The notes below the pieces were generated by a model. It was not told the origin of the DNA. It saw only the letters and a list, made by a program, of their open reading frames with translations, and searched no databases. A DNA stretch of 64,000 nucleotides, from NCBI GenBank assembly GCA_035221665.1, contig CM069132.1, forward strand, positions 22,134,001 to 22,198,000, in the 5' to 3' direction. Both the position numbers and the translations under genes were made by a program. Source of the DNA: Okamejei kenojei (lineage: Eukaryota). Of this stretch, positions 10,350 to 23,102 are shown one piece after another. The stretch's first letter is position 1, and each line of letters begins with the position of its first letter.

Positions 10350-11350
10350 CCTCCCTTGTCCAATCCCTTCCAAGCTACATCTTGGCAACACTTCACACGA
10401 TCTGTACTACTTCAGCAACTTCCAATTCCATCGCCTAATCTTTCCTACTTTACACGATCTTTATCACTTCAGTAGCTTCCAAATAATCTACTCCATTGCC
10501 TAATCTTTACCATGGACACCCAGAACCTTGACATCTTCATTCCCCATCGGAATAGTCTCAGGCCCTCTGGCTCTTCATTAGCAGAGGCCCAAACCGTTCC
10601 CTCAACGAATACCCTCCTCTGCCAGGCGGAATGTGTCCTTACCATCAACGACTTTTCTTTTGACTCCTCACTTTTTTCAAGTCATAGATGAAACCATGGA
10701 ACCTCACATGGGCTCCAGCTAGGCCTGTGTTTTTATTGGTTACATTGAACACTCATTGTTCCAAATATACCCTGGTACCTTTCCCCAACTCTTTCTCCAC
10801 TACATCAACGACTGCATCGGGACTGGTTCCTACACCTGTGCAGAACTTGATTTAATCAACTTCACAACTGATTTCTATCCTGCTCTCAAATTAATTTAGA
10901 CGTTTCCTGGCACCTCTATTTCCTTTCTCCATCTCTGTCTCTGTCTCCATCACAGGGAACAGATTATCAATTGACGTCTATTACAAACATCCCACAGCTA
11001 CCTTGACTGTATCCCTTGCCGCAAAGATACTATCCCTCACTCTCAATTTCTCCATTTACCCACACCAACACCCAAGATGATTTCAGTCGTCCTAGCCTTT
11101 CCACTCTAGGATGACTGAGATAAAGTAAATGGGGATTCCTCCAACGCTCTTCACACGCATGCTCCCCCACCCCGTTGTGAATGTAGCCATCACTACAGTC
11201 TCCTCTGTGCACTGCTGCAGTTCTGCTCTCACTCTCCCTCCCCACAAACAGAACATTGATTTCCCTGGTCCTCACATTTCACCCCATCGTCATTTATTTC
11301 CCTTTGCCACAGAGACCACTCTCTCTGCAACTCCTTGGTTCGCTCATTCC
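10350..11350 (+). mobile_element. Penelope-like element RT fragment
   Basis: TMDTQNL..IPH, MGSS*ACVFIGYIEHSLF and FLHYINDCIG (cf. RYIDD). Confidence 0.65.
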
Positions 11351-13467
11351 AGAGATCAAGGACCTACAACAAACATAGATCACAGTCAGGAAGGGGTTTG
11401 AAGTAACAAACACAGAACCTAGACAACATGTTGCATAATACACAATAGGGCGGTAGTGTGAGTTGTGGGGATGCAGCAACGAGGCTTCAAAGGGATAATG
11501 ACAGGTTAATGTAGAGGGAAGGTAGAACAGAATGTGGAAAACTGTGTGGGCATTTAGCTTTGAAGAATAGAAAATATAATAGCGAACTCTTCTTTTTAAA
11601 ATTGTAAAAGTCTGAAACGTGTGTTGGTGTTCAGATGAACACTGGATGTCCCAATACACTAATCAATGATAGTTAATGTGCTTTTTCAGGCCTGGCTGCC
11701 TAACTATACAAAACCTAACTGGTTTTGTTCATCACTCATTCCTACTCTCCTCTTCATCCAACACCTTGTATTGTGCTTTCAATGTTCGCAATGTTAAAGG
11801 ACTGACTACTGACTGCATAATTTTCTTTAAACATTTTTTTTACAAAACCAAATAATTTAACTTTCAATTGGTAGAAAAACTATCCAAATCTTAATCCCAA
11901 TATATAGCATTTCAACATAAATAAATACAGTAAGTACAAGGCAATAGCTTGACATTTTCAAAGCAATGGCCAAAAAATATTCAATAATATGGACAACATA
12001 GTGCTTAAAAACATGAACATTTGTTCAAGGATGCTTGAAGTAGATGATTTCCAATATTGAGTCATCATGACACGGAACAAAGATGTAAGATTAAATGCTG
12101 GAATCGTGGAAGAATACGGGAGAATAATGGTTATAGATTTCCTTTTCAGGGTTAGTGGTCAAATCAGAAACAAGGAATTTTACATGGAATAGTGGGTTGA
12201 AGGAAATTGGGTTAAAAGGTCAAACAGCATCCGTGGAGAAAGAAACAGAGTTAATCCTTCATCAGAGAAACATTAATTCTTGCCCTGTCCACTAACGCTG
12301 CTTGAACTGCTGAGCATTACCAGAATTCTGATGTCATTCTCTTCAACTGCAGTTTTTGCCTTTTCTAATGGTTTAAAGGGAACTTTATGATTTATAGTGG
12401 TTAGGTTTCTTTGCCAGTGGGCAAAATGAACAGACATTAACTCGCCGGGAAGAACCATTTATATTTTGTGCATATGTCTAAAGGTTTTTGCAATTATGAA
12501 GTTTAAAGGGACATTGGAATTTTTTAATAAAATGCCCTTGATTTTTAAATCTCAGTTACATCTTCATAAATATCTTCAGTATTCTCTTCTATAGAATACA
12601 TTTTTATCAATGATTTAACTTTAGCAAATACATAGTCTCCAAATGTCAATTGCACGCTTCTGCCAGAATACCATTATGTTTTTATTAAATTCCATCAGTT
12701 TTGTCTGGAAAAAATCCTTTCCAAAAGACCATAAAAATCTCACCGATTAAATCTTATTCCTATTCCAACACAAGCAAGCGATGATAACACCAAGTACATT
12801 CAGTAGAGTGCAAATTGATTAATCCCCTTCTATAGAATTGCACCTCTCTTGATTACACCTATCAAATGTTAAGTACCATTATTCTGAAGTAACAACACAT
12901 GACAAATTCCCCATCCATTTGCTGCAGTCTTTGTGGTCATGCTAGCCTGTACTAACGCTGATGAAAAATTAATTTCCCTTATCTACAACTAAGTCCCGAA
13001 ATCCAAATCCTGCAAACTGGCAACTCTTTCTGTACAGGTATTATGAAAACCTCTAAAGATTAATTGCATGTCAGGTGACATTAAATTAATTTCTGTATTC
13101 CTGACAGACATTTGATACTCTGTACTGAGAGAAAAGATAACATTGTCAAAGTGCACAGAGCGACAGCAGTGCAGCTTCCCGGGCAGCATTGCAAAGATTC
13201 CCTTTATAAAAAGGCAACACTGCACTGTCAAAGGCACTGCCACCAATTCAGCTGCCGGCAGACTTACCAAGACAAGAATCTATTAACAGTGACACAATGC
13301 TTTTATTACGACTTGCAAATAATTTTTTTTTCAGATTTATGTCCAAATCTCATCGGCATTTACAGGGAAATAAGCAGATTTAACATTCTTCTTTCATTCT
13401 AAGCCACAATCATTTGACGTATTATTTGAGATTGGTCTAAAGTTTAATTAGTACACATGGGCTTTAC

Positions 13468-13527
13468 CTACAGGCGATTTTATTTTGTCGTTATTAGAGA
13501 TTATTTTTGGACTTCTAGTCATACCAT
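13468..13527 (-). other. Candidate 60-nt cassette (poison) exon of RBM33
   Basis: ttttttttgccag|ATG GTA TGA ... CTGTAG|gtaaag. Stop at the third codon in phase 0. A stronger alternative donor TTG|gtaagt lies at 13268. Confidence 0.45.
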
Positions 13528-14036
13528 CTGGCAAAAAAAATCAGATCACCATTGAATCAAAATGTTGATATTTTTAAAGAGTATTTTTATCAAGTTATCT
13601 TACGGGCATACTTAAGAGATAAGCCAGATGGTATCCCATGCTTTCAATATGCTCAAATGTAGAAGAAATCTGTGAACTACTGTCGAAATCAATTAATACT
13701 AAACACAACATATCCAAACAATGAAAGCATAAGATGATTTGCCAATGTATTTAAAAAAACAAATCTGATATCATCTCTGGTAATATCCAGTTTGAAAATA
13801 ACGGATTTTAAATCAAAGCGATCCAGAAATAAAATAAACAAAACTCAGTAGATATCTGCAACATATATAAAAATTATGACGTGAATTTATCTAAAGTAAC
13901 TGCTGTTTATGCATTGAAAGGTCTCCTTTCCTCCAGGTTTTTGATACTCCTGACTAGTATGGAAAACATTTTTTAAATATTTATTTATTTTAATTTAGCA
14001 TTATTACACATTTTTACAAAGAAACATAGGTCTTAC

Positions 14037-14660
14037 CATTGTTGGTAGCTTGAGTACCCTTATTTTGGGATTAATGTGAGGCCCATCCCCTCCTCCACTA
14101 TTCATTCTTTGCATTACTGTCCGTTTAACACCAGGCTTTAATTCTTGGGACTTGACTGCAGATTGTACACTGGGTCCAGAAGTCCCAACTGTTTTAGACT
14201 GGGCTAGTTTGGGAAACTGCAGTTGATTTAAGGGTGCAGGTCTGATCTGTTTGATTTGGTTGACATTTCTTCTCATTTCTGTCTGAATTTGAATATTTCC
14301 AGATTGTTGAGTTCTATTGACTTGCTGCTGTACTCCTATACTTTGTTTTCTTGTGAACAGTCTAGTCTTTATATTTGGCTGTTGGTGATTTACAGCCTGT
14401 AATGAAGCTGGGTTAAAATTCTGGGGAGCCTGTTGCGTATTTGCTTGGTGTTGATGTTGTTGAGATGGTTGTTGGGCTGCAAGTGGTTGTGGCTGCTGCT
14501 GCTGCTGTTGTTGTGCAAGTCTTTCAAGAAGTTCTTTCTTTCGGGCACCAGCTTGCTGCTGCCGTCGAAGCTCCTTCTGTCTCAGTATTTCTTCTCTGAG
14601 CCTCTTCTGTTCCTCAATTTTCAAACGATACACTCTTGTTTCTTCATCTTCATCTGGAGA
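14037..14660 (-). CDS. RBM33: RBM33 coding exon (coiled-coil and Gln-rich region), 624 nt
   Basis: ctctgccag|SPDEDEETRVYRLKIEEQKRLREEILRQKELRRQQQAGARKKELLERLAQQQ...KPGVKRTVMQR...KIRVLKLPTM|gtaaga. This is the hallmark RBM33 sequence. Phase 0/0. Confidence 0.96.
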
Positions 14661-14829
14661 CTGGCAGAGGGGAAAAAAGGATGAATAAATTTAATAAAAT
14701 AAAATGTCGGTATTGAATGAGATTAATTTAAACTTCTTTGAAACCACCTTTTTAAGAGCTGAAGCTGAAGAGAAATCTTCCTCTGACAAAATTATACAAT
14801 CAGAAAATAGTGAGCAGTTAGTGGAAATT

Positions 14830-16210
14830 ACTGCAAATCCAGGCAAGATTTTTTTCTTAGTTTTAACCTGGTATTGGCAATGAGTGGTAGTCAGTGAATT
14901 GGTGTGTTACTCGTGTGAAATGTAACACAAATGCTTCTCACAGACCATTTGATCCAATCAGACCAATCGGAGGGTCAGTTGGACTCAGGAAAAATATAGA
15001 AGGCAAAATATGTTATCGATAGAAGTTTCAGGAAGGTCATCATACTGCAAGTTCAGCTGGATGGGTAATTGCCAGGATTGGCAGACAGATCGATTAGAAG
15101 TCTTCTGGGACTGTTCTTCTTTAACAAATACATTGTATTGGATACTGTTTGGGGGTAATGGCCTGAGGGAAAAGCCACAGCTTGATCAGTTGCACTGTGG
15201 TTGGCTCTGTCGTACAGGAATGTAGGTCAAAGTCTAGGCGAGCAGTGATGATAGGGGACTCTGTAGTCCGGGTCATTGTAGGCAGTTCCGTGGATAGGAG
15301 AAAGGCTCCAGTGTGGCATGTTCCCTCCCTGGTGCAACGGATAAAGAATGTCTCTAAATTTCCACGGGACATGCTGAAAGGTGAGGGAGAGCAGTCAGAG
15401 GTCTTAGTCCATACTGGTATTAATGATAAAGGCAGCAAGAGAAATGAGGTAATACAGGGAGATGAGCAGAAGGTTAAAGAGCAGACCCTCAGTGGTTGTA
15501 ATCTCAGGATTACTCCCATATGCTAGTGTAAGTAGGAATAGGTGGATAAAACAAATTAATGAGTGGCTGAAGTGTTGGTGTCGGCATGAGGGCTTCAACT
15601 ACTTGGACCAGAGGTGTCATGTACAGGAGGGACAAGTTACATCTAAACTGTGCAGAGAGGAAGAGATTCAATTTCCTTGTGGGAGTGTTTGTTAGTGCAT
15701 CTCGGTAGATTTTAAACTAGTTTAACAAGGAAATAATACCCAAAGTGGAAATGCATCAGATGAGAAAGTGTAAACAAATATGGAGGCTAAACCAAGTTAT
15801 TTCACCAGGCAGAGGCAGGACAGGGGGGTGGAAAGTCTGATAGGCTAAACTGCATTTATTTAATGAAAAACGTATCTTGGGTAAGGCAGACAAACTCAGC
15901 ATGGATCAGAACTGAGAATAGCGATATTAAACCTATTCCGCAAGCACAGCAAAGAGATAGGCAGAGAGATCCCTAGTAGGTACACAAAAGCTGGGAAGGG
16001 TTGCTGGGGAGAGAGTAGGTCCCAAGAAGCAACATGGTAATCTATATGTGGAGCCAAGGGAAATTGGCGACGTTTTAAATTAATACTTCTCATCTGTATT
16101 CATTGTAGAAAAGAACATGAAAGCTAGCGGGTTCGAGGGAGGGAAAAGCGATATTCTGAATCATATCACCATTAAGAGGTTAGTGCTGTTGGTGGTCCTG
16201 AAATGCATTC
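14830..16210 (+). mobile_element. Old CR1 LINE 5' region (ORF1 SGNH esterase remnant plus ORF2 scraps)
   Basis: AVMIGDSVVR, VLVHTGINDKG and VVVISGLLP...INEWLKCWCRHEGF, typical of CR1 ORF1 esterase. Confidence 0.75.
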
Positions 16211-18034
16211 AGATCAATAATAATAAAGAGAATGGAGAAAATGCAGGAAAATAAGTCTCTGCCAGGGCCTAGACAAGAATTATAGGATGTGAGCTCAACT
16301 TTGAGTTGAAACTTTTTGGTCTGCATTAGACTGACGAATACCCAAAACATATGTTCCTTGCAAAATTATGATTTTCTTGTTTTCTTTCACATTTAATTTC
16401 CTTAAAATTACAAAGCATCTTATTCCTCTTTTAATTTTGTAAAATTTTAAGCAGTACATTAAAATTACTAATTTCCTTCAAAATATACACTGAAAAGGCC
16501 GAGAGGGCCTGTTTCCGTGCTGTAATTGTTATATGGTTAAAATGTCCCTTTCTTTACTTAGTTTCAAAAATTGATTATTTTTGTTAAAAGGTTTTTTGAA
16601 ATGACAGATGCAGGGATATAAAGTACAGGAATAATATTCTCGCATTTTAAAACAACTTTCATACACACAGCATTGACACAACAAAATGAATAATTATATC
16701 AGACCTGTTAAATGTTAATTACCCCAAAGCATACAAAATGCCTGGCAACTCAAATCTACCTGCGAAATCTGATGTAAATCCCAAGCCCCATTCTCAAATG
16801 AACAGGGCAGTGATTTTAGTAAATGTACTATATAAAATTAAACAGTAAACCAGCAATGAAAACCTAATTACATTTACTTGTGACATGCTACTAGGAAAAG
16901 CATATAATTTCCCATAATACTAAATATGTAAAAATAGTTATCAAAATACTTATAATGGAATCCATAATCAGAGGCTATTTTACTATTTCTTCCGTTAAAT
17001 AAAAACCTCATTCACGACAATCACAGTTGATTGTCTGCGAGTCCAGACAATAAAAAACAATTTGGTAAACATACTCCAATTAAACTGCTCAAAATTATCT
17101 CTTAACAAAGGCAATAATTTCTCTGGCAGCATCACTTGATCAGATTCCACCATGCCTATGCTCAACCTACTTTTGGAAGCTGTTCCCAAGCTTCCTCTTG
17201 GTCGTTCACATATTTCTTCAGTATCATTCCTCACAACAGCACTGCAATGGATCTTTAATCCATGTTTCCCCATAGGTGAAAATATTTTCGATGCCTTCAA
17301 CCAGCAGCTGCACAAATAATTATTGGTGATTCCTCCCTTATCCAGCTTTTCTAGACTAGCCACTGCTAAAAGTTAGACAATTAAACGTAGCGCGAGAATC
17401 AGAGAGGATACATTATGGAAGAGCAGAAGTATTGAGCAAGAAATCACATTTGATGAAACAGGAAGTCGGGCCGATTTTAAAAAAATCCGTATTTTACAAA
17501 GCAAATCTGTACATCCGTATTCTTATCGCATTTCTGTACAAAATACGGAAAATCCGTACTACTTGGCAGCTCTGCATATGGCACAACTATGCAAGGAATA
17601 CTGGATTACATCAAATCGTATTATCAAAACTACTCAGCCAGAACTTACCAACTCTTTTGGGATAATCAAACCTGGTAGCCTTTGTAGAAATCAATCAGTT
17701 AGTTGATTTACACATTGAATTGGGAGCTACCATCTTTCTCGCTGCCATGTTAAAAAGGTCAATTACAAATTTGGACTAAAGTGGAAGAGTGAGGGCCATC
17801 AGTCTGATTTTAAAGCAGAGAAGCATTGATATAAAAGTCAAAACAGTTCCGTTACCACTCCATTTCCTTTGGTATCAGGACGAGCTACACCATCAGATTT
17901 TGTGACAGCTTGGAATTGGCCTGTTGTCCAACCAGTTCCAATCTACCACAAATGTAAACGAGCCAACTAGCTTGATCCTATTGAAACCTATTTCTAAAAT
18001 GTATCAAATTTTCTGAAGGGGTGTAGGCATATTA

Positions 18035-18130
18035 GTCTGAAGAAGGGTCTCGACCCGAAACGTTACCCATTCCTTCTCTCCAAAGATGCTTCCTGTCCCT
18101 CTGAGTTACTCCAGTATTTTGTGTCTACCT
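18035..18130 (+). repeat. Penelope-derived short repeat containing a minimal hammerhead-ribozyme motif
   Basis: CTGAAGA-AGGG-TCTCGA-CCC-GAAAC-GTTA at 18037-18065. Related copies near 9470, 21680-21780, 38935-39015, 46230-46340 and 62375-62480. Confidence 0.6.
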
Positions 18131-20689
18131 ATGTTACACATTCCTGTTGCGTGAAGCCCATTGTGAGAAAGATAAAGTGGGGCAAGACCTGACAAATGGT
18201 AGAAGGATCTAGGTGAGGGCGGGATTGATTGGTGCAGATAAGTCAGACGGGGGAAAGAGGGTGGAGTTGGTCAGAAATGTTGGTGGTGATATGTGGCAAA
18301 GACAAAAAGGAGTAAGTGGTGGAAAGCTAAAAAATGTAATTGAAAAGCTGAGGGAACTACCTCAGAATACAAACACCCAACTAATTTCCCTTTGAAAACA
18401 TCAATTGGCCATGAAATCAGGGCTATGAGTGACTCGTATTTGCTATTGAACTGCAATTAGCAACTATTTGCTTTGAATTGTAATCTCCACTTTATTTAAT
18501 CTGATGATCTCCGATACTCACTGCACATATTAGCAGTAGCTTCATGCTATCATGAATTAGCGTCATGCATTAGTTGTAATATTTGCCAAATAATAAGAAA
18601 ACCAGTTGAACAGATGGGTTCAGCAACTCCTTTTATTATAAATTGCATCAAAATCAATGCATTTATCAACTATCTTGAGTTGGCTCACTCAAAAGCCCAT
18701 TCAACAGACCTGCACAAAAATATAGTTTCACACTGCACCTAAGATTAACTTGGAAATTTATTATAATATCAAAAGCTAAGATGCTGGAACTTTGAAATAA
18801 AAACAAAAAAATGCTATTAATACTCAGTAGATCAGGCAGTGTCTGTGGAGCGAGAACAATCAGCTAATTTTATCTTGCTAAGATTCTGGCGATGATGGCT
18901 CGAAGGGCCAAATGGCCTTCTCCTGCACCTATGTCCATTGTCTAACCTTTTGCAGTTCTAATGAAAGGACTGTTTTAATCTGTGGCGAAGGGAGTGGAGA
19001 AAACAGAGGGAATGTCTGTGATATGGTTAACGTGGACGCCATCACTCACTTCTGCCCTTGCTCCCTCCGCCTCAGCACATAAAACTTGTTTGGTTTCTAC
19101 CTTCCCGTTCTGAAGGTCATCGACCTAAGAAGCCAAACTGAGTTCTCTCCACAGATGTTGCTAGAACTGAATATTCCTAGCAATTGCTGCTATATTTGGA
19201 GATTAATATGAACATATTTATAGAGCAAGCCACATAATCAGAAATACAAAATTCAATACTTGCAAATCTTGGCAAACCACTGCACACTAGCATTTTCAGT
19301 TTTGCTGCACTTTTCATCTTTCCTGCAGCTTTTTCCTCCTCCAATTGATCCACTTCAAAACTCATTGATAAAACCAACTAACGAGCCTCAAAAGCATCAA
19401 CAGCGTGCCATATTGGTGCAGAACTACTGCAAACTGAAGAGAAATATCAGATCCTACAGGAATCTGGCACCATCTTGTATCCTTCAAGTTCAACGTTATG
19501 AAAAATGCAGTCTTAACTTGGCGATAAAGACCACACGAAAGGATTTTGTGCATTTATTTATTCATACTAATGTGTGGAGAGCAGGGGAAGAAGAACACCA
19601 GTTTATTTAGGTGTTTTCCTCTTAACCTCCTCACCCCAGAAATCTTTACACTAGATTCACTCCTTTAATGCACTGCTTTATATTTAAAAAAAATAATAAT
19701 TGTTATTCTCAACTTAAAAGAAAATAAACTAAAAAGAAAGGTCACATTATAACAATCCTGACAATGTTCCTGTCTTAGCAATTCCAAGATTGCAGCCAAG
19801 TTCTTCCCAATGATCTGCATGGTGCATTTGTCCACTCTGCCCCACACAGAGATGGATACTTGCAGTAAAATCAGGCCAAATGCCAATTATCAAATGTCAG
19901 TAAAATCAATGTCACAAAATCATTATTTAAAACAGTTTAATACTTCATAAAGATCTTTACCCATATTTGATGTTGGAAAATGCAGTAATTGCCTTAATTT
20001 AGAGACAACTTTAAAAATTAGCAAGTTAAAAAAAAAATCCAAACTTTGAATTGAGTCAATGTACAAATATATGCCCGAGCTGGCGGGTTGAGTGAAATCT
20101 TCCAGTGTCTGTGTCAATCAGACATGTAAAGGGGATGATTGGGGCAGGAGACCCAAGGTTTGAAAGTGAACATTGCTCATACAAAAATACACTTTTTTCT
20201 CACCTGTTCCTCTACCAGCCTTGCTGCCTCTTAACAAATTCCTCACTTGATTACTTTGATAATTGGATATTTGACCAGATCTCACTGCAAGTATCCATTT
20301 TCTTTGTGGAGCAGAGTGGACAAATGCATCCTGGAGACTGCTGGACAGAACCTGGATTTGCTTCTGAGCGGCACCACACTACACACTTCCCTCACATCAA
20401 AAATAACATTAGAGTTTGAATAACAAAATTCAATTCAGACATTCATTTGAAAGTCAATCTCTGAAGGAAATAATTAATGGGAAAACTGAGTTAAACACAG
20501 ATGCAGGTTGGAGCACAAAGAAATAGGAAGGAAACATGAGACGTATCAATTTTGCTTTGTATCAAAAGTGCTTTGTATCAATTTTCAGTGAGGAAATATG
20601 ACAAACTAGCAGTTGTAGAATGGCTATAACAATGAGTTGTGAAAAGGCTTTATGTGTTTAATATTTTTAAGTTAGTAACAAAGAAAACA

Positions 20690-21450
20690 ATGAGACATAA
20701 ATTAGACAAATCTCCAGGACCTGATAGTCTGAACCACATGAAAAAAGGTGTGCAAAATGTGGGTTAATTTAATCAAGGTTCTACAAAGCTCCTAGATATT
20801 CAATCAATTAATATTGTCAGTTTAACAGCAATTCTGAATGTTACAAGAATCTCAGAAAATGGGTCTTGAAGCAATTGCAATAATCAAAGTTCATCAAAGA
20901 GTGTCAAACGTGAATGGTGAAGTTAGATCCCATATGCCAAATCGAGTTAATTATTTTTAAAAGGTCGGCAGCATGGTGGATTGGGGAGTTCCCTTGCATG
21001 CTATTAATTTATTGCTACAGAGGTATTTGATAAGATTCCCCAAGTTTATTGAAATGCAGCAAACTTCGCAGAATTTAAGGTAATTTTATGACATGATATC
21101 TGGTTGGCAATTAACAGAAGGAAGGAAAGGTTACTTCTGGATTGTCCAGTCACTGACAAGTAGTGCGCCCCAGAGATATGTAGAAGGTCTCATCTTTTCA
21201 ATGTTTATGACAAAAAGAATTGGATATCTAAATTTACAAAATAACACAAAGTTGGAAGTTACTGCAAGCTATACAGGTGGGAGAGTGTGAGTGACAGATA
21301 TAACAATACAAGAACTATGATATATTTCATTCTGGGTGAGAAAATCAAATCAGAATATTTGAATGGTAAGACTGTGAAGGAGCAAATCATTTTGGATTAA
21401 TATGCACATATGGCTCCACAATGTGAAAAATATTATGTAATATGAATCCC
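20690..21450 (+). mobile_element. Highly decayed CR1 ORF2 fragment
   Basis: gacaaatctccaggacctgat (DKSPGPD), tttgataagattccc and ctgacaagtagtgcgccccag (TSSAPQ), collinear with the young CR1. Confidence 0.55.
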
Positions 21451-21677
21451 TAAGTGAAATGAGGTGTTAGTTGCGCAGAACTTTGGCCTAATTCAGCAAA
21501 ATGATGCTCTGTGGTTTAAAAGCTTAATTGATAACAGGATGCATAACTTTGCTTGTAATTCTTTGCATTCAGATTATTGTGACCGAAGCAGTCAAGGTAT
21601 TAAAATGGAAAAATGTATGCCAAAAATAGCATAGTTAGATAATATGCAGTAAAGCAAGCAAACAAAGTTTTTCAATG

Positions 21678-22185
21678 AAGATAGGCACAAAATGCAGGAG
21701 TAACTCAGCGGGTCAGGCAGCATATCTGGTGAAAAAAGATAGGCAACCTTTTGGGTCAAGACCCGTCTTCAGACTGAGAATCAGGAGAGAGGGAAATGAG
21801 AGATATAAAAGGTACATAGAACAAATTGAACAAAAGATATGCAAAAACTAACAATGATGAAGGAAACGTGGAGCCCACAATGATCCATTGTTGGCTGTGG
21901 GGAAGAGGATAACGAGTGAAACAAACAGTGAAACTGGTATGACGACTAAGGTGGAGGAGGGATGGAGAGAGGTGATGCAAGGGTTACGTGAAGTAAGAGA
22001 AATCAATATTCATACCGCTCAGTTGTAAGCTGCCCAAGCGAAATAAGAGATGCTGTTTCCCCAATTGGCCTCACTCTGCGTCCCAGGACAGAATGGCCAG
22101 TAATGGAATGGGAAGGGGAATTAAAGTGTTTGAAAACTGCGAGATCGTGTAGGCCAAGGCAGACTGAGCAAAGCTTTTCAATGTA
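21678..22185 (-). mobile_element. Penelope-like 3' fragment
   Basis: Shares blocks with 9430-9830 and 62375-62615 (ggagtaactcagcgggtcaggcagcat; gttgtaagctgcccaagcg). Confidence 0.55.
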
Positions 22186-22260
22186 TCTCAATACATGTGA
22201 CAATAATAAACCAATACCACATTGGAAATAAAAGCCTTTTAAATTCTGGAAATTTCGTTT

Positions 22261-22547
22261 AGCTTAGAGATATAGCACAGAAACAGGCCCTTCAGCCCAC
22301 CGAGTCCGCACCGACCTGCGATCCCCACACATTAACACTATCCTACACACACTAGGAACAATTTACACAAACACCAAGCCAATTAACCTACAAACCTGTA
22401 CGTCTTTGGCGTGTGGGAGTAAACCGAATATCTCGGAGAAACCCACGCGGTCACAGGGAGAACAGACAAACTCCGTACAGATAACACCCGTCGGGATTGA
22501 ACCCAGGTCTCCGGCCTGCAAGCGCTGCAACTCAACTGCTGCGCCAC
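22261..22547 (-). mobile_element. tRNA-derived SINE (HE1/V-SINE-like)
   Basis: Reverse strand has A box tggcgcagcagttgag, B box ggttcaatccc, core ctgtacggagtttgtctgttctccctgtgacc and a CR1-like tail. Confidence 0.8.
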
Positions 22548-22830
22548 TATTTAGCATATCAGATTTGAAGACAACATAAATGTAAAGTAAGATTAAGGCC
22601 TTCTTTAGAGCACCAAGGCTCCAAGTTACAACCTGCCCACCGATCGAAGTGGATTTTGAATGATTTCCCTGTCGCCAGGTTCTCCCTCCCCCAACTCCCA
22701 GAGTCCACTGGCTTCCTCCCCATCCAATTAAAGACGGTAGATTCATTGGCTATTATAAATTGCTCCTGTTGTAAATTAATAGAAAATAGAAGAGCATCAG
22801 AGAGAATAAGCTGCAAGAGAGGGCAGCATA

Positions 22831-23102
22831 CTGGCACAGCAGTAGAGTTGCTGTCTTACAGCGCCAGAGACTCGGGTTCAATCCTGACGATGAGTGTTTG
22901 TCTGTACGGAGTTTTGTACGTTCTCCACGTGACCTGCGTGGGTTTTCTCCGGGATCCCTGGTTTCCTCTCACACTCCAAAGACGTACAGGTTTGTCGGTT
23001 AATTGGTTTGGTATAATTGTAAATTGTCCCTAGAGTGTAGGATAGTGTAAGTGGGTGGTGATCGCTGGTCGGCGCGGATTCAGTCGGCCAACTAAACTAA
23101 AC
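22831..23102 (+). mobile_element. tRNA-derived SINE (HE1/V-SINE-like)
   Basis: ggcacagcagtagagttgctg...gggttcaatcctgac...gtacgttctccacgtgacctgcgtggg, ending in (actaa)n. Confidence 0.8.
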
